Positions 9,981 to 19,343 are shown, counted from the stretch's first letter. The stretch: 64,000 nt of DNA from an uncultured virus (IMG/VR IMGVR_UViG_3300033069_000856) (IMGVR_UViG_3300033069_000856); one strand, 5' to 3'. Numbers and translations are program-made. The notes: generated by a model from the letters alone, not told the origin.

Positions 9981-10723
9981 ATATGCAAACAAAGACACCA
10001 TCAGAAACAGCGATCTCCGAAGCAGTGACAGCAGCCAAGACAGTATTCTTGGATGTACGCCGTAAGGCACTGTCAGCCTACTGGGAGATCGGTAAATCAG
10101 CTAATTCCCTAGACACCACCTACGGTGAAGGGACAATCAAACAGTTCGCAACTCGACTACGCCAGGAGCTGGCAGATGAGCTGTCCGAGAGTACCGTATA
10201 CCGGGCACGGCAGTTCTTCCAGAGAACCCCCAGTGATAAACTCCAGATCCTTCTCAACAGTAATGTCTCATGGGGGCAGGTGGTACCTACCCTCAGTGCC
10301 GATAATACTGTAGTAGAAGAGATCATTGACCGGCTTAACAGCGAAGAGATCAAGCCGTCTAGCTTCGCCTCAGAGGTCAAGAAGGCTGCAGAGGTAGCCA
10401 AAGCCGAAGAAGGGTTTGACGATAGCCCAGAACCAGTCCAAGGGGACAGCTTCGATGAGAAGCCTGAAACAGATAAGACCTACAAGTACGCCCTAACTAA
10501 AGCGCTCAGCTCAATTGAAACAGGGATGACAACCCTGGCAGATGTACTTATTCTCATCGACCAATACGCACTGATGACAGAGGGCTCAAAGAAGCTCTAC
10601 AATAAGCAGGTCGATGAGTTGGTTGAGCGACTTAAAGTTCTTAATACTGCAGCTAATAATGTGTACCTTGAGTGTTTGAATAGGCTTAACAATGAGGACG
10701 ACGATACTGAAGCATCTGAGTGA
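9977..10723 (+). CDS. DUF1016/YhcG N-terminal-like DNA-binding protein
   Basis: AYWEIGK...TYGEGTIKQFATRL...LS..TVYRARQFF...SWGQ pattern. Confidence 0.55.
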   Translation: MNMQTKTPSETAISEAVTAAKTVFLDVRRKALSAYWEIGKSANSLDTTYGEGTIKQFATRLRQELADELSESTVYRARQFFQRTPSDKLQILLNSNVSWGQVVPTLSADNTVVEEIIDRLNSEEIKPSSFASEVKKAAEVAKAEEGFDDSPEPVQGDSFDEKPETDKTYKYALTKALSSIETGMTTLADVLILIDQYALMTEGSKKLYNKQVDELVERLKVLNTAANNVYLECLNRLNNEDDDTEASE

Positions 10724-11111
10724 AGCTGCGGAGCTTCTTCAAGATCACCCTTACCAGGGGATACGTGCTATTAACATGCACATTACTCTCCTGGTGAACA
10801 AGAACGACAACATGGTCTCTTATGGGTTTAACCAACCCAAGACCCACCCCAAGGCTATCAAGATGGGCTATGACTACGGGCAGGTCCATTCCGAGTTCGC
10901 AGCAATCCACAAGGTTGGTGTCCACTCGGTTAAGGACATGACGGTGTTTAATTTCCGGTTTAACCACTTAGGTGAACTCCGGATCAGCCGCCCATGTAAG
11001 ATCTGTATGCCTTGGGTTCTAGAGGTCTGCAGATCAGTTGTCTATTCCATTGACAACGCTACGTTTGTAGTAGTGGACAAGTCTGGAGTTGAAACCCTAA
11101 CAATCAAATAG
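10692..11111 (+). CDS. cytidine/dCMP deaminase-superfamily protein
   Basis: GFN, HSE and SRPCKIC zinc-binding motifs. Confidence 0.75.
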   Translation: MRTTILKHLSEAAELLQDHPYQGIRAINMHITLLVNKNDNMVSYGFNQPKTHPKAIKMGYDYGQVHSEFAAIHKVGVHSVKDMTVFNFRFNHLGELRISRPCKICMPWVLEVCRSVVYSIDNATFVVVDKSGVETLTIK

Positions 11112-11113
11112 CT

Positions 11114-11137
11114 AAAAAAAAAGGACCCCATGGTCCT
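11114..11137 (-). terminator. intrinsic terminator
   Basis: A run then aggacc-ccat-ggtcct stem on plus strand. Confidence 0.6.
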
Positions 11138-11145
11138 ATTGTTCC

Positions 11146-11433
11146 TCAACGAGGAATCTCATCAATAGAGATTAACCCAAGGGCAAACGCCGCATGGCCC
11201 AACTCAAAGGCCGCTTGTTTCTTTTCGGAGTAGAGACGGAAAGCCGACTCACTACGGGCTACCCCGCCAAACCTACTTAGGAGGTACTGGGCAACCTCTT
11301 CCTGAAAGTCCTTGGGTTTGTCATCCCCCTTGAGCCAGTTGGCTTTTGCCACCTTCAACTCTGCCAAGGCTTTTTGAAACCCTTTCATTACTTCAGCTTT
11401 TTGATTCACTGTTGTAACCATAACTAGCTCCAC
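11146..11433 (-). CDS. hypothetical protein (promoter cassette)
   Basis: lies between a motif copy and a terminator. Confidence 0.6.
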   Translation of the reverse strand: MELVMVTTVNQKAEVMKGFQKALAELKVAKANWLKGDDKPKDFQEEVAQYLLSRFGGVARSESAFRLYSEKKQAAFELGHAAFALGLISIDEIPR

Positions 11434-11481
11434 GCTTAGCTTGAGGTAGTCTGTAGCCGACTGGCTACATCGGTAAACTCC

Positions 11482-11517
11482 TCAATATATAATGACCCCT
11501 ATCTAGGGGTTGTTAAG
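11482..11517 (-). promoter_or_regulatory. 36-nt phage promoter-like motif, copy 1
   Basis: plus strand tcaatatataatgacccctatctaggggttgttaag. Confidence 0.75.
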
Positions 11518-11526
11518 CTGATACAT

Positions 11527-11550
11527 AAAAAAAGGCCCGTAGGCCTTTTT
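11527..11550. terminator. intrinsic terminator, possibly bidirectional
   Basis: aaaaaaaggcc-cgta-ggccttttt. Confidence 0.7.
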
Positions 11551-11556
11551 ACCAAG

Positions 11557-11742
11557 TTACTTCGAGGACATGCACTGCCGAGCTTTCGCCTTTTTGCGGT
11601 AGCTGGCGATCGCCCACCACAGCCCCAAAACGACCGCGAGGAGGATACACCCTCGAACGGCCCAAACGAGCTGTGTGTCTGCCCCGACTGCCTTTGCCAG
11701 GTCCTTGTCTTGGTACGTGTAACTCTGCATCAATGCTTGCAT
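11557..11742 (-). CDS. small membrane protein (promoter cassette)
   Basis: SD aggag; one hydrophobic helix, basic tail. Confidence 0.65.
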   Translation of the reverse strand: MQALMQSYTYQDKDLAKAVGADTQLVWAVRGCILLAVVLGLWWAIASYRKKAKARQCMSSK

Positions 11743-11772
11743 AGAGACTCCTTTAAATAGAGGTTAAACCAT

Positions 11773-11808
11773 TCAATATATAATGACCCCTATACGGAGG
11801 TTGTTAAG
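11773..11808 (-). promoter_or_regulatory. 36-nt promoter-like motif, copy 2
   Basis: tcaatatataatgacccctatacggaggttgttaag. Confidence 0.75.
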
Positions 11809-11817
11809 TGGATACAT

Positions 11818-11842
11818 AAAAAAAAGCCCCTCCATAGGGGCT
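11818..11842 (-). terminator. intrinsic terminator
   Basis: A run then agcccct-ccat-aggggct. Confidence 0.7.
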
Positions 11843-11868
11843 ATCTGCTTTGTATTCTCAGGCCAGGG

Positions 11869-12663
11869 TTAGTGGCCGTTGAAGTAGTCTGTCACGAACC
11901 GGTTAAAGACCTCAAAGGAGATCTCCCCGGTCGAGTACCTACCCATGTTCTCGATGTAGTCGAGCTTGTCGACCACGCCGTCGCCATTGAGATCAAGGTT
12001 CGGGCGGATCACGTCCAGCACCTGAGCGTTTGCCCAGATCACGATCGGAGGGCCAATCTCCTCCGGCATCTTGACCAGAGCGACCACCAGCCCAACACTC
12101 CCGGCGTTCCCGACTGGTAGACCAGCGTCACTGAAGAAGGCTTCAGTAACACCATCCTCGTCAGCCGGAAGGAAAGTGGGGTTAACCACTTTCTCCACGC
12201 CGCCAGGCAACCGCACGGTCACCTCGAGCATTCGCGTGTTGGCATCCTTGGGAAGCCGAACCGCGAATGATGCACCCTGCCCGATGATCATCGAGCCGGG
12301 CCGAGTCCCCGGTCCCGGAACTGGGGCTGGGCGAGGGCTGGTACCGGGGGGCACGGTTGTGCGGCCCAGACACCACCCGAGCACCGTATTGGCGCCTTCG
12401 TAGCAGGCCTTGCGACCTTCGACTGTGGTGATCTGGTCACAGTCCAGCAGCAGTGCCCGGAAGCACAACCAACAGGACCCAACCGTAGGCGGGTTGCCGA
12501 GGTTGGCACAGGGCGGTCCCGGCTGCTTGGGCTGGAAAGCCCTTGCAGCCGCGCTGGTGCCGTTGGCAGCTTGACTTTGCACCACCGTAGTGGGGGGCTG
12601 TGCCAGAACGAGGGACAGGACAGCGGCAAGAATAAGCATAAGAGTCCTTTCAAACGGGGACAC
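11869..12663 (-). CDS. secreted Cys/Pro-rich protein with C-terminal dockerin/EF-hand-like motif
   Basis: signal peptide; DLNGDGVVDKLDY. Confidence 0.65.
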   Translation of the reverse strand: MSPFERTLMLILAAVLSLVLAQPPTTVVQSQAANGTSAAARAFQPKQPGPPCANLGNPPTVGSCWLCFRALLLDCDQITTVEGRKACYEGANTVLGWCLGRTTVPPGTSPRPAPVPGPGTRPGSMIIGQGASFAVRLPKDANTRMLEVTVRLPGGVEKVVNPTFLPADEDGVTEAFFSDAGLPVGNAGSVGLVVALVKMPEEIGPPIVIWANAQVLDVIRPNLDLNGDGVVDKLDYIENMGRYSTGEISFEVFNRFVTDYFNGH

Positions 12664-12771
12664 CGAACAATACCATGAGTCACGCGCTCATGGGTGAAAG
12701 CCAAGTGTATCAGCACATCGCTAAGAAAGCGAGTGCTGCCAGGATCCATTCTCTCCTACCCATACCACCTC

Positions 12772-12987
12772 CTAGTTGAGTTGCTTGGGTTCTTCCTTCT
12801 TCGCCCGGTTCAGGCTGTCCAAGGCCTTAGCCTCGAGCAGCCACTGTAGTGCTTGAGCTTCCTCAAGCTCCAGTTCTTTCAACTGGATGGGGAGTACCTC
12901 AGGTTTGGAGGAGGCTTCAAACCACCTGGTAAAGGCGGCTCTATACTCCTCAGCTGCCTTGTGCAGATCAGTGTGCTGTGTTACCAC
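12772..12987 (-). CDS. hypothetical protein
   Basis: SD aggag; part of the minus-strand run. Confidence 0.55.
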   Translation of the reverse strand: MVTQHTDLHKAAEEYRAAFTRWFEASSKPEVLPIQLKELELEEAQALQWLLEAKALDSLNRAKKEEPKQLN

Positions 12988-13216
12988 AGGTCAGCACTCC
13001 TTTCGCCTTATCAGCTGCCTTGGCGAGAGCAAGGTAGACCCTCGCCATGTCAACCGCCTGTTCCAAGGCGATCAACTCCAAAGGACTTGCCCGGTCCTCC
13101 AGCAGAGCCTCCTCCCAAGCCAGATGTGTCCTTAGACACTCTTCTCTGGCCTGTTTCACACAATCGTACTGAGTTACTAGGTTCGCCACGCTTCTGCTCC
13201 TTGGCGGCATCTGCAA
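12968..13216 (-). CDS. hypothetical protein (start uncertain)
   Basis: coupled to neighbours but overlaps the 13050-13346 ORF. Confidence 0.4.
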   Translation of the reverse strand: MQMPPRSRSVANLVTQYDCVKQAREECLRTHLAWEEALLEDRASPLELIALEQAVDMARVYLALAKAADKAKGVLTCGNTAH

Positions 13217-13346
13217 TCAACTTCTCGATGGCAGCCGCATAGCCACCGAAAGCATACGCAGCTTCACTGCCTGCGTAGTACTTGACATCTGCACGCATCT
13301 CTTTTGCCAGTTTCTCGAGTTCCTTCAACAGCTCCTTGTTGGCCAC
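13050..13346 (-). CDS. hypothetical protein
   Basis: SD aggag; first gene after motif copy 3. Confidence 0.55.
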   Translation of the reverse strand: MANKELLKELEKLAKEMRADVKYYAGSEAAYAFGGYAAAIEKLIADAAKEQKRGEPSNSVRLCETGQRRVSKDTSGLGGGSAGGPGKSFGVDRLGTGG

Positions 13347-13377
13347 GCTTGAGCTCCTGTGAGGGGTGTTAAATCCT

Positions 13378-13413
13378 TCAATGTATAGTGACCCCCTTTA
13401 AGGGGTTATTAAC
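13378..13413 (-). promoter_or_regulatory. 36-nt promoter-like motif, copy 3
   Basis: tcaatgtatagtgaccccctttaaggggttattaac. Confidence 0.75.
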
Positions 13414-13421
13414 GGACCCCT

Positions 13422-13448
13422 AAAAAAAGGCCCCCTAGGAGGGGGCCT
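13422..13448 (-). terminator. intrinsic terminator
   Basis: A run then ggccccct-agg-agggggcc. Confidence 0.7.
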
Positions 13449-13542
13449 CGATCCCTGGCAAGGGAGAAGCGTGGAAATCCCCCTGCCAGCTAATACCCGG
13501 ATGCGACGTTCTCTGTCGCACCCGGGTAGTCAGGTATGGGGG

Positions 13543-14172
13543 TTATCCAGCCTTCTTGCCGGAGTCAGCGGGCTGTGTTGCCTGCTGGACCTGCACGTTG
13601 TACTTCGACCGCAGGTAATCAGTCAACACCTTGGCCTGCTCCTGCGTGCAGGGTTCGCTCACCTGCACGCCCTTGTAGAACCGACCCTTGAGGTCCACGC
13701 CACGGGAATTGCTTCCCGACGTCACCCGGATGGTCACCTTGTCGGTGGGGGTTTCTGCCGGGGTATCGATCGCGTACGTCACCTCGACGCGCTCGATCGA
13801 CTTGGTGTTGGTGTTCGTCACCAACATGGAGGCCGTCCCGTTGTTCACGTCACCCTGGTTCGGCACCAAGTGCATGACGATGCACGGGAGGGTCTCGTAC
13901 GTCGGCCCGCCCCGCATCCCGTCTGCGGGGTTGACGTCCGAGATCGTGTAGTCGCGCTTCCAGGCATCGCTGATGCCTTGCGCGCTGACGGTGATGGGAC
14001 GCCACAGCCACTGCCACCCTGAGGTGGACTTGTTGCTGGCGAGGTCGGCAGCGGCGTCCTCGACGGCCTTGGTGCCAGGGCCCTTCTTCACCTCTTCCTC
14101 GCCGCAACCCGTGAGGCTGCAAGTGAGGGCGAAGGCGGCGGACAGGGCAACGATCAAAGTTCCACGCTTCAT
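13543..14172 (-). CDS. lipoprotein
   Basis: MKR + hydrophobic core + lipobox LTGC; SD aggag; GC-rich codons. Confidence 0.75.
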   Translation of the reverse strand: MKRGTLIVALSAAFALTCSLTGCGEEEVKKGPGTKAVEDAAADLASNKSTSGWQWLWRPITVSAQGISDAWKRDYTISDVNPADGMRGGPTYETLPCIVMHLVPNQGDVNNGTASMLVTNTNTKSIERVEVTYAIDTPAETPTDKVTIRVTSGSNSRGVDLKGRFYKGVQVSEPCTQEQAKVLTDYLRSKYNVQVQQATQPADSGKKAG

Positions 14173-14250
14173 ACAGAACTCCTTTGTGCTCTCTACACAA
14201 ATTAGGATCCTTTAGGCTCGAACGAAGTTGTTCGGATACCTACAGATCCA

Positions 14251-14416
14251 TCAATATATAGTGACCGGTTTACAGGGGTTCTTAAGCCCTTATTGGCCAC
14301 CATTAATGACTCACTATATAATGACCCCTTTTACTCACTTGTTAAGCCCAAAAAGGCATTCCTCTACGTAGGTAGTAGATTCAATGTATAGTGACCATTA
14401 AGTAAGGAAAATTAAG
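14251..14416 (-). promoter_or_regulatory. three tandem copies (4-6) of the 36-nt promoter-like motif
   Basis: 14251-14286, 14311-14346 and 14381-14416, each TCA.T.TATA.TGAC-N16-TTAAG. Confidence 0.75.
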
Positions 14417-15139
14417 ATGGAGATTCTAGCGTTTTCGGATTGTCATGGCATTCTGCCAGAGGTGACCAATGTAGGGTACGACACTCTATGCATTGCAGGG
14501 GATATCTGTCCAGACTACCGCCCAGTTCGGGGTATTAACAACAGAATCAAGCAAATGGAGTGGGTTCGAGACACATTCGTCCCATGGCTCAATGCAATCA
14601 CTATCCCAAATAAGGTAGTGGTGTTTGGTAACCATGATTGGTTCAGCTTAGAGGCAGGGTACACCAAAGAACTGACTACTCTTTGTAAAGGGGTGCGCTT
14701 TCTCTTTGACTCTTCTGTGACTATTGGTAACGTCAAGTTCTGGGGCTCACCTAGAACCCCTACATTCACTGGATGGGCATGGGAGACCACTGAAGAGAAC
14801 CTAGCGCTAACGTATGCGGACATCCCAGCCGATACTAACGTCATCATCTCCCATGCACCGCCCCGTGGGTACTCAGATGACGATAAAGGCTCCACTGCCC
14901 TACGTGCACATATTGATAAAACCTTCCGTGACTCAGGTGGGGCATTGAAGTTGGTCCTATGTGGGCACATTCACGAGGGCGCAGGTATTTCCGTGGTTGA
15001 TAAAGCTCATAACTATCCTTTAAAGATAGCTAATGTCTCGCTTGTAGATGAACTGTACAATAGGGTCAGAGATCCGCAGGACTTTAATGTGGACCCCGAT
15101 GTTAAGTGGGGCCACCAGGACCTGCATATTAAGTTATAG
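14417..15139 (+). CDS. calcineurin-like metallophosphoesterase
   Basis: SDCHG, AGD, GNHD, SHAPP, GHIHE. Confidence 0.9.
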   Translation: MEILAFSDCHGILPEVTNVGYDTLCIAGDICPDYRPVRGINNRIKQMEWVRDTFVPWLNAITIPNKVVVFGNHDWFSLEAGYTKELTTLCKGVRFLFDSSVTIGNVKFWGSPRTPTFTGWAWETTEENLALTYADIPADTNVIISHAPPRGYSDDDKGSTALRAHIDKTFRDSGGALKLVLCGHIHEGAGISVVDKAHNYPLKIANVSLVDELYNRVRDPQDFNVDPDVKWGHQDLHIKL

Positions 15140-15147
15140 GAGCCTTT

Positions 15148-15363
15148 ATGCAGGTCACTAGCCCTATTACCGTCAAGACAATCCCACCCTTCCGTGTAAA
15201 CCCCACTCTGGACACGCTCAAACGAGCAGCCAGGAATGAACGGGTTATGTGCCAGAGTGGTAAACTTGTTTGGACTAGTGACGGCTCTCCTATTAATGAC
15301 GAAGCAGTACTAGAGTTGCTGGTTAAAGACCAGCTAGATCTGATGCGATTACTCGTAATATGA
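15148..15363 (+). CDS. hypothetical protein
   Basis: SD aggag; coupled. Confidence 0.6.
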   Translation: MQVTSPITVKTIPPFRVNPTLDTLKRAARNERVMCQSGKLVWTSDGSPINDEAVLELLVKDQLDLMRLLVI

Positions 15364-15938
15364 AGACTCGTAGAATTTGCGTATATGGCGCGCCGTCGGC
15401 TGGTAAATCCACGTCGGCAGCGTTCTTATTTTCTGAATTTAAACGGAGGAAACTTGGCCCATCAGTTGAGTTAGTCCAAGAAGCCGCAAAGCGTTGGGCT
15501 TGGACAGGTAGGACGATTGCCCCCGAGGATCAACTGTATATCTTCTCAGAGCAGTTACGCCTGGAAGAGGAACTACTCCGTGCAGGGGTAGATCTAATCA
15601 TCACAGACAGCCCTATCTGGCTGAGTGCCTTCTATGGGGAGAAGATCAAATGCCCACATACTGAAGAGATCCTCTCTATATGTAAGAAGCACGATGAAAA
15701 GTACCCAGCGTTGAATGTATATATCGATCGGGCGGATAGAAAGTTCGATCCTCGAGGTAGATATCAAGACGAAGCAGCAGCTAAGAGTATGGATTTGGAT
15801 CTGCTTGTGTTCCTGTCCTGCAATAAGCTTGTACATGAGACGTCTATCTCGGAAGACTTCGAAGGGCTATGGGAGACTGCTATTGATGCACTAGTTAAAA
15901 CGAACACCATCCAACTTAAAGAGGACTATATTGAGTGA
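15360..15938 (+). CDS. P-loop nucleotide kinase-like ATPase (NadR/AAA_28 type)
   Basis: GAPSAGKST; ELVQEAAK; IITDSP; GRYQDE. Confidence 0.75.
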   Translation: MKTRRICVYGAPSAGKSTSAAFLFSEFKRRKLGPSVELVQEAAKRWAWTGRTIAPEDQLYIFSEQLRLEEELLRAGVDLIITDSPIWLSAFYGEKIKCPHTEEILSICKKHDEKYPALNVYIDRADRKFDPRGRYQDEAAAKSMDLDLLVFLSCNKLVHETSISEDFEGLWETAIDALVKTNTIQLKEDYIE

Positions 15939-16719
15939 ACAGGTTAAACAGTTAGGGGATATCTTCGAGAACTCCCCATTAGAGCGTATCGACATCCCAG
16001 GTGGAGGCTCGGTAGAGCTGCTTGGGGGATCAGGGCGTGATATCACAGTGGCGCAAGCTGCTTGGGTAAGCACAGCTAAGCGACAGAAGAAGGCAACAGA
16101 GATTACTCCCGAGTCTCTAGCTAGGTTCATCAAGTACCTGGCCAAGCACAACCACATCAGCCCTTTCTTCCACAACAGCCTGACCTTCCGGTTGCGTATG
16201 CCAGTGTTTGTTCGAGCACAGTTTGCACGTTCAGGTGTAGGTATCCGGTACACTGAACCGTGTGACCCCTCAGCAGACATTGACCTGCCCATTAATGAGG
16301 AGAGCCGAAGGTATGTCAGCTACACTCCAGAGGTTTGGCACCCGCTAGCGTGGCGCAGGGTTCCTGACAAGAGTATCAAACAAGGATCAGGAGCTGTGAT
16401 CCCAGCAGCCGAAGCAGCCTACTACGATATAAAGGTGCGTGAGCATAACCGAGCTACGCTAGCTTTATACGAAGAAGGCATCAGTCTAGGCTTTGCCCCT
16501 GAGATGGTTAGAGCCATGCTACCCCAAGCCATGTTCACCGAGCTATGGTGCACTATGAGTCTTGGGGCAGCCGCCCGAATTACCGGATTACGCCTTGACA
16601 CTCATGCACAGAAGGAAATTCGTGATTATGCCCAAGCTATTTCCACTATATGTGTGAAGTACTTCCCGATCGCATGGACCGCATTATTTGACAAGGAGCC
16701 TAATAGTGGCCCGATCTAA
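15931..16719 (+). CDS. thyX: FAD-dependent thymidylate synthase
   Basis: AAWVS, HISPF, PVFVRAQFAR, NEESRRY, APEMVRAMLP, LRLDTHAQKEIR. Confidence 0.9.
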   Translation: MSEQVKQLGDIFENSPLERIDIPGGGSVELLGGSGRDITVAQAAWVSTAKRQKKATEITPESLARFIKYLAKHNHISPFFHNSLTFRLRMPVFVRAQFARSGVGIRYTEPCDPSADIDLPINEESRRYVSYTPEVWHPLAWRRVPDKSIKQGSGAVIPAAEAAYYDIKVREHNRATLALYEEGISLGFAPEMVRAMLPQAMFTELWCTMSLGAAARITGLRLDTHAQKEIRDYAQAISTICVKYFPIAWTALFDKEPNSGPI

Positions 16720-17059
16720 GACAGTAATTGATGTAGCTATCCTGCAGGAAATTATCAACAATTTGGAGGCTACCCAGACGTTCAAGAACCGTGGGGACCT
16801 GTTTGTTGCCGCCTCAGCCGGATACGAAGAGAAAGCCAAGAAGAAGATTTCTTCGGTAATGATCTCTAACCGCTTCGATGAGCTTAAACTCACGTGTAAG
16901 ACCGCTAAGAGCACCAGGGGGCGTCCGAAGAACCCGACCACCCCAACCCAGGTACCAGTGTCAAACCCCACCAGGATCAAGAGTATGACCCGTGTGGAGA
17001 TAGCTGGACCGGAAGCTGACATGGACGTTGAGCCCGATCCTGTTGACGAAGAAGTTTAA
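16688..17059 (+). CDS. hypothetical protein, possibly DNA-binding
   Basis: RGRPK AT-hook-like motif; start uncertain. Confidence 0.5.
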   Translation: MTRSLIVARSKTVIDVAILQEIINNLEATQTFKNRGDLFVAASAGYEEKAKKKISSVMISNRFDELKLTCKTAKSTRGRPKNPTTPTQVPVSNPTRIKSMTRVEIAGPEADMDVEPDPVDEEV

Positions 17060-17097
17060 GATTTTCGCAAGACTGCAAAGTTTCCAGGACTCAATTA

Positions 17098-17364
17098 ATG
17101 AGTAATTTTAATCCTTTCGAGACAGACGTACCAAGTTTAGTCCCCGTCTGTCTCAACATAGTTACGAGAACACTCTATTACTTGAAAATCGATAAATCCC
17201 CTAATGAGGTTTTCGAGGATATTCTGTTTGGTATTTGTGGAAATAGAAAGATCCCAGAATCTGAGATCTTTTTAAACGACCGGAAGATGTTTGAGGCGAT
17301 AATCAGATGGAGTGAGACTATGTTTCTTGTCGATGAAGTGGCAAGTAAGCGTCGTACTGATTAA
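17098..17364 (+). CDS. hypothetical protein
   Basis: ORF in plus-strand run. Confidence 0.55.
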   Translation: MSNFNPFETDVPSLVPVCLNIVTRTLYYLKIDKSPNEVFEDILFGICGNRKIPESEIFLNDRKMFEAIIRWSETMFLVDEVASKRRTD

Positions 17365-17385
17365 CCCCAAATAAAAGGATAGCCC

Positions 17386-17742
17386 ATGCACGTTGAACTT
17401 CGTGGCAAGAAGTACAAGCTGGAACGCCGTAAGAAGCTTCCAGAAGGGTTCGACGGATTCTGCTGGGCACCTCACCATAAACGACCAAAGATAGAGACTC
17501 GCAAGGGGCTCCGGGGTAAAACCGAGCTCCTTGTTTACATACATGAGATGCTTCATGCATTAGAGTGGAGTTGGAATGAAAGACGAATCGAAAACCGGAG
17601 TAAGGACCTGGCTGAAGCGCTCTGGAAAATCGGGTACCGCTCAAAAGAAGAAAAAGGTTCCAATCGGCCCCGCTACAAAGCGAGGATTAGCCCTGGTAGG
17701 AAAGTATCTAGAAAACGACATAAGAGAAAACGGAGGATCTAA
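17386..17742 (+). CDS. HExxH zinc-metallopeptidase-like protein
   Basis: IHEMLHA; SD aagga. Confidence 0.55.
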   Translation: MHVELRGKKYKLERRKKLPEGFDGFCWAPHHKRPKIETRKGLRGKTELLVYIHEMLHALEWSWNERRIENRSKDLAEALWKIGYRSKEEKGSNRPRYKARISPGRKVSRKRHKRKRRI

Positions 17743-17889
17743 CCATGAGTTGTTCCGAGGGCTCGATAACCTTGCCCGCGAGGACGTCTTCAAAGCGCTG
17801 CTTTATTTTCAAAAAGTGCAAGCCGCGTCGGCTGGTCTCTCTCAACCGAAGAAGTATCGCCCTGCACCTAGGGACTCAGGAGTGGATTA

Positions 17890-18216
17890 ATGGAAAAACT
17901 AAAAACGTTAGTCAAGTGGGTGGATAACGGTGGTAATGGTTGGGAGCCCATGCTGTTTGATGAGTGGGAGCCATTAGCCAGAGAGAACATCCCCAAAGCT
18001 TTGAACCTGTTCCCTAAACTAGTCCAAGCTGTCTTGCTGCTAGAACAGTTTAGAAACCTACCAGACCCTACTGATTATGATGAATCTTTCTGGTGTGACC
18101 TAAATTACGATATTTGCAGTGCGAATGAAGAACACGCAATGTGGTTCTTAACCAAGCGAGATATTCTGAGCCGTAAGATCGATAAATTGCTAAAGGAAAT
18201 TGAAAGTGTTGAGTAG
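17890..18216 (+). CDS. hypothetical protein
   Basis: coupled ORF. Confidence 0.55.
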   Translation: MEKLKTLVKWVDNGGNGWEPMLFDEWEPLARENIPKALNLFPKLVQAVLLLEQFRNLPDPTDYDESFWCDLNYDICSANEEHAMWFLTKRDILSRKIDKLLKEIESVE

Positions 18217-18580
18217 ACCGACTGTGTATATCGCTTCCCCCTACACCAAAGGGGATGTAGCTATCAATACTCGCTTCCAGTGCGAGATATTCGACCGCCT
18301 TATGACTGATGGGAGGGTGTGGCCTGTTGTGCCACTGTGGTCCCACTTCCAGCATATCTTGTTTCCCCGTGACTACAAGGACTGGATTAACTACGACCTG
18401 GCTATGCTCCCACTGTATGACTGTTGCCTCCGCCTGAATGCAGTAGACACGAAATTGGGATACTACCAGAAAGAGTCAACCGGAGCTGACGGGGAAGTCA
18501 ATGCCTTTATGAAGATGGGTAAACCTGTGTTCTACTCCATCGAAGAGTTGTACGATTGGGTTATTGCAAAGAAAGCCTGA
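18200..18580 (+). CDS. nucleoside 2-deoxyribosyltransferase-like fold protein (DUF4406/DUF1937 type)
   Basis: VYIASPYT...DLAML..DC...ESTGADGE....GKPVF. Confidence 0.7.
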   Translation: MKVLSRPTVYIASPYTKGDVAINTRFQCEIFDRLMTDGRVWPVVPLWSHFQHILFPRDYKDWINYDLAMLPLYDCCLRLNAVDTKLGYYQKESTGADGEVNAFMKMGKPVFYSIEELYDWVIAKKA

Positions 18581-18581
18581 C

Positions 18582-18887
18582 ATGTTTACCCAGACGATTA
18601 TTACCCCCTACACTCAGCTTACCCCTGAGCCCACTTCCGCAGTGTGCTGTAATCACGCTAATGAGGTGCCAGCTCAGTGCGTATGCGCTACCAACTGTTA
18701 CTGTAAGGCAGAGGGCTCATGTGCTCCGCACCGAACAGCCTCAATGGAAGAAGCTAGAAAGTCAGTTAAAGAGTACTTAGCTAAAGTTAGGGAGAAGCAA
18801 ATTCAGCATGAAAAGCTGAACTGGCTTTACCAAAATACCCCAGATTTTTCACTGTTCGGTTTTGGTTTCACGACGTCACCCTATTAA
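18582..18887 (+). CDS. Cys-rich hypothetical protein
   Basis: CCNHANEVPAQCVCATNCYC. Confidence 0.55.
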   Translation: MFTQTIITPYTQLTPEPTSAVCCNHANEVPAQCVCATNCYCKAEGSCAPHRTASMEEARKSVKEYLAKVREKQIQHEKLNWLYQNTPDFSLFGFGFTTSPY

Positions 18888-18898
18888 GGAGTCTTCCC

Positions 18899-19297
18899 AT
18901 GCCGTCCACTATTAATGTCTCTCGTACTGGCCTTGTTGAAACCATGAAGGCGAATCGCGATACTCACCTTAAAGAGTATAACGAGGCTAAGGCCATCTAC
19001 TTGGCCGACTATCAAAAGGAGATGACCGAGAAGTGCGCCAAGTTCCTTGCGCAGCTTGCCAAGGACACTGAGGCTGGAGTAATCAACCCTAATAACAGAG
19101 CTGTCTACAGCAAACTCCAAGCACCAGAGTCTTATGTCTATGAATACGATAACAAGATCGCGATGTTTGAGATGTCAGTGGACAAAAACATTGAACTCAC
19201 CGAGCAGGAATTTCGGCAGTATGTCCGTGATCAATGGAACTGGTCACCTGGGTTTAAAGCCACTACGGCCAATTACCTCAGCAAGACCGGTAACTGA
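18899..19297 (+). CDS. hypothetical phage protein
   Basis: SD aaggag. Confidence 0.65.
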   Translation: MPSTINVSRTGLVETMKANRDTHLKEYNEAKAIYLADYQKEMTEKCAKFLAQLAKDTEAGVINPNNRAVYSKLQAPESYVYEYDNKIAMFEMSVDKNIELTEQEFRQYVRDQWNWSPGFKATTANYLSKTGN

Positions 19298-19343
19298 TAG
19301 CTAAAAGAAAGGGCCCCGTGGCCCGGAGGATTGGCGAGGGTTA

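Noticed and set aside
11482..14416. 36-nt repeats as a CRISPR array
   Set aside because: Copies are degenerate, irregularly spaced and separated by whole genes; no cas genes in the window
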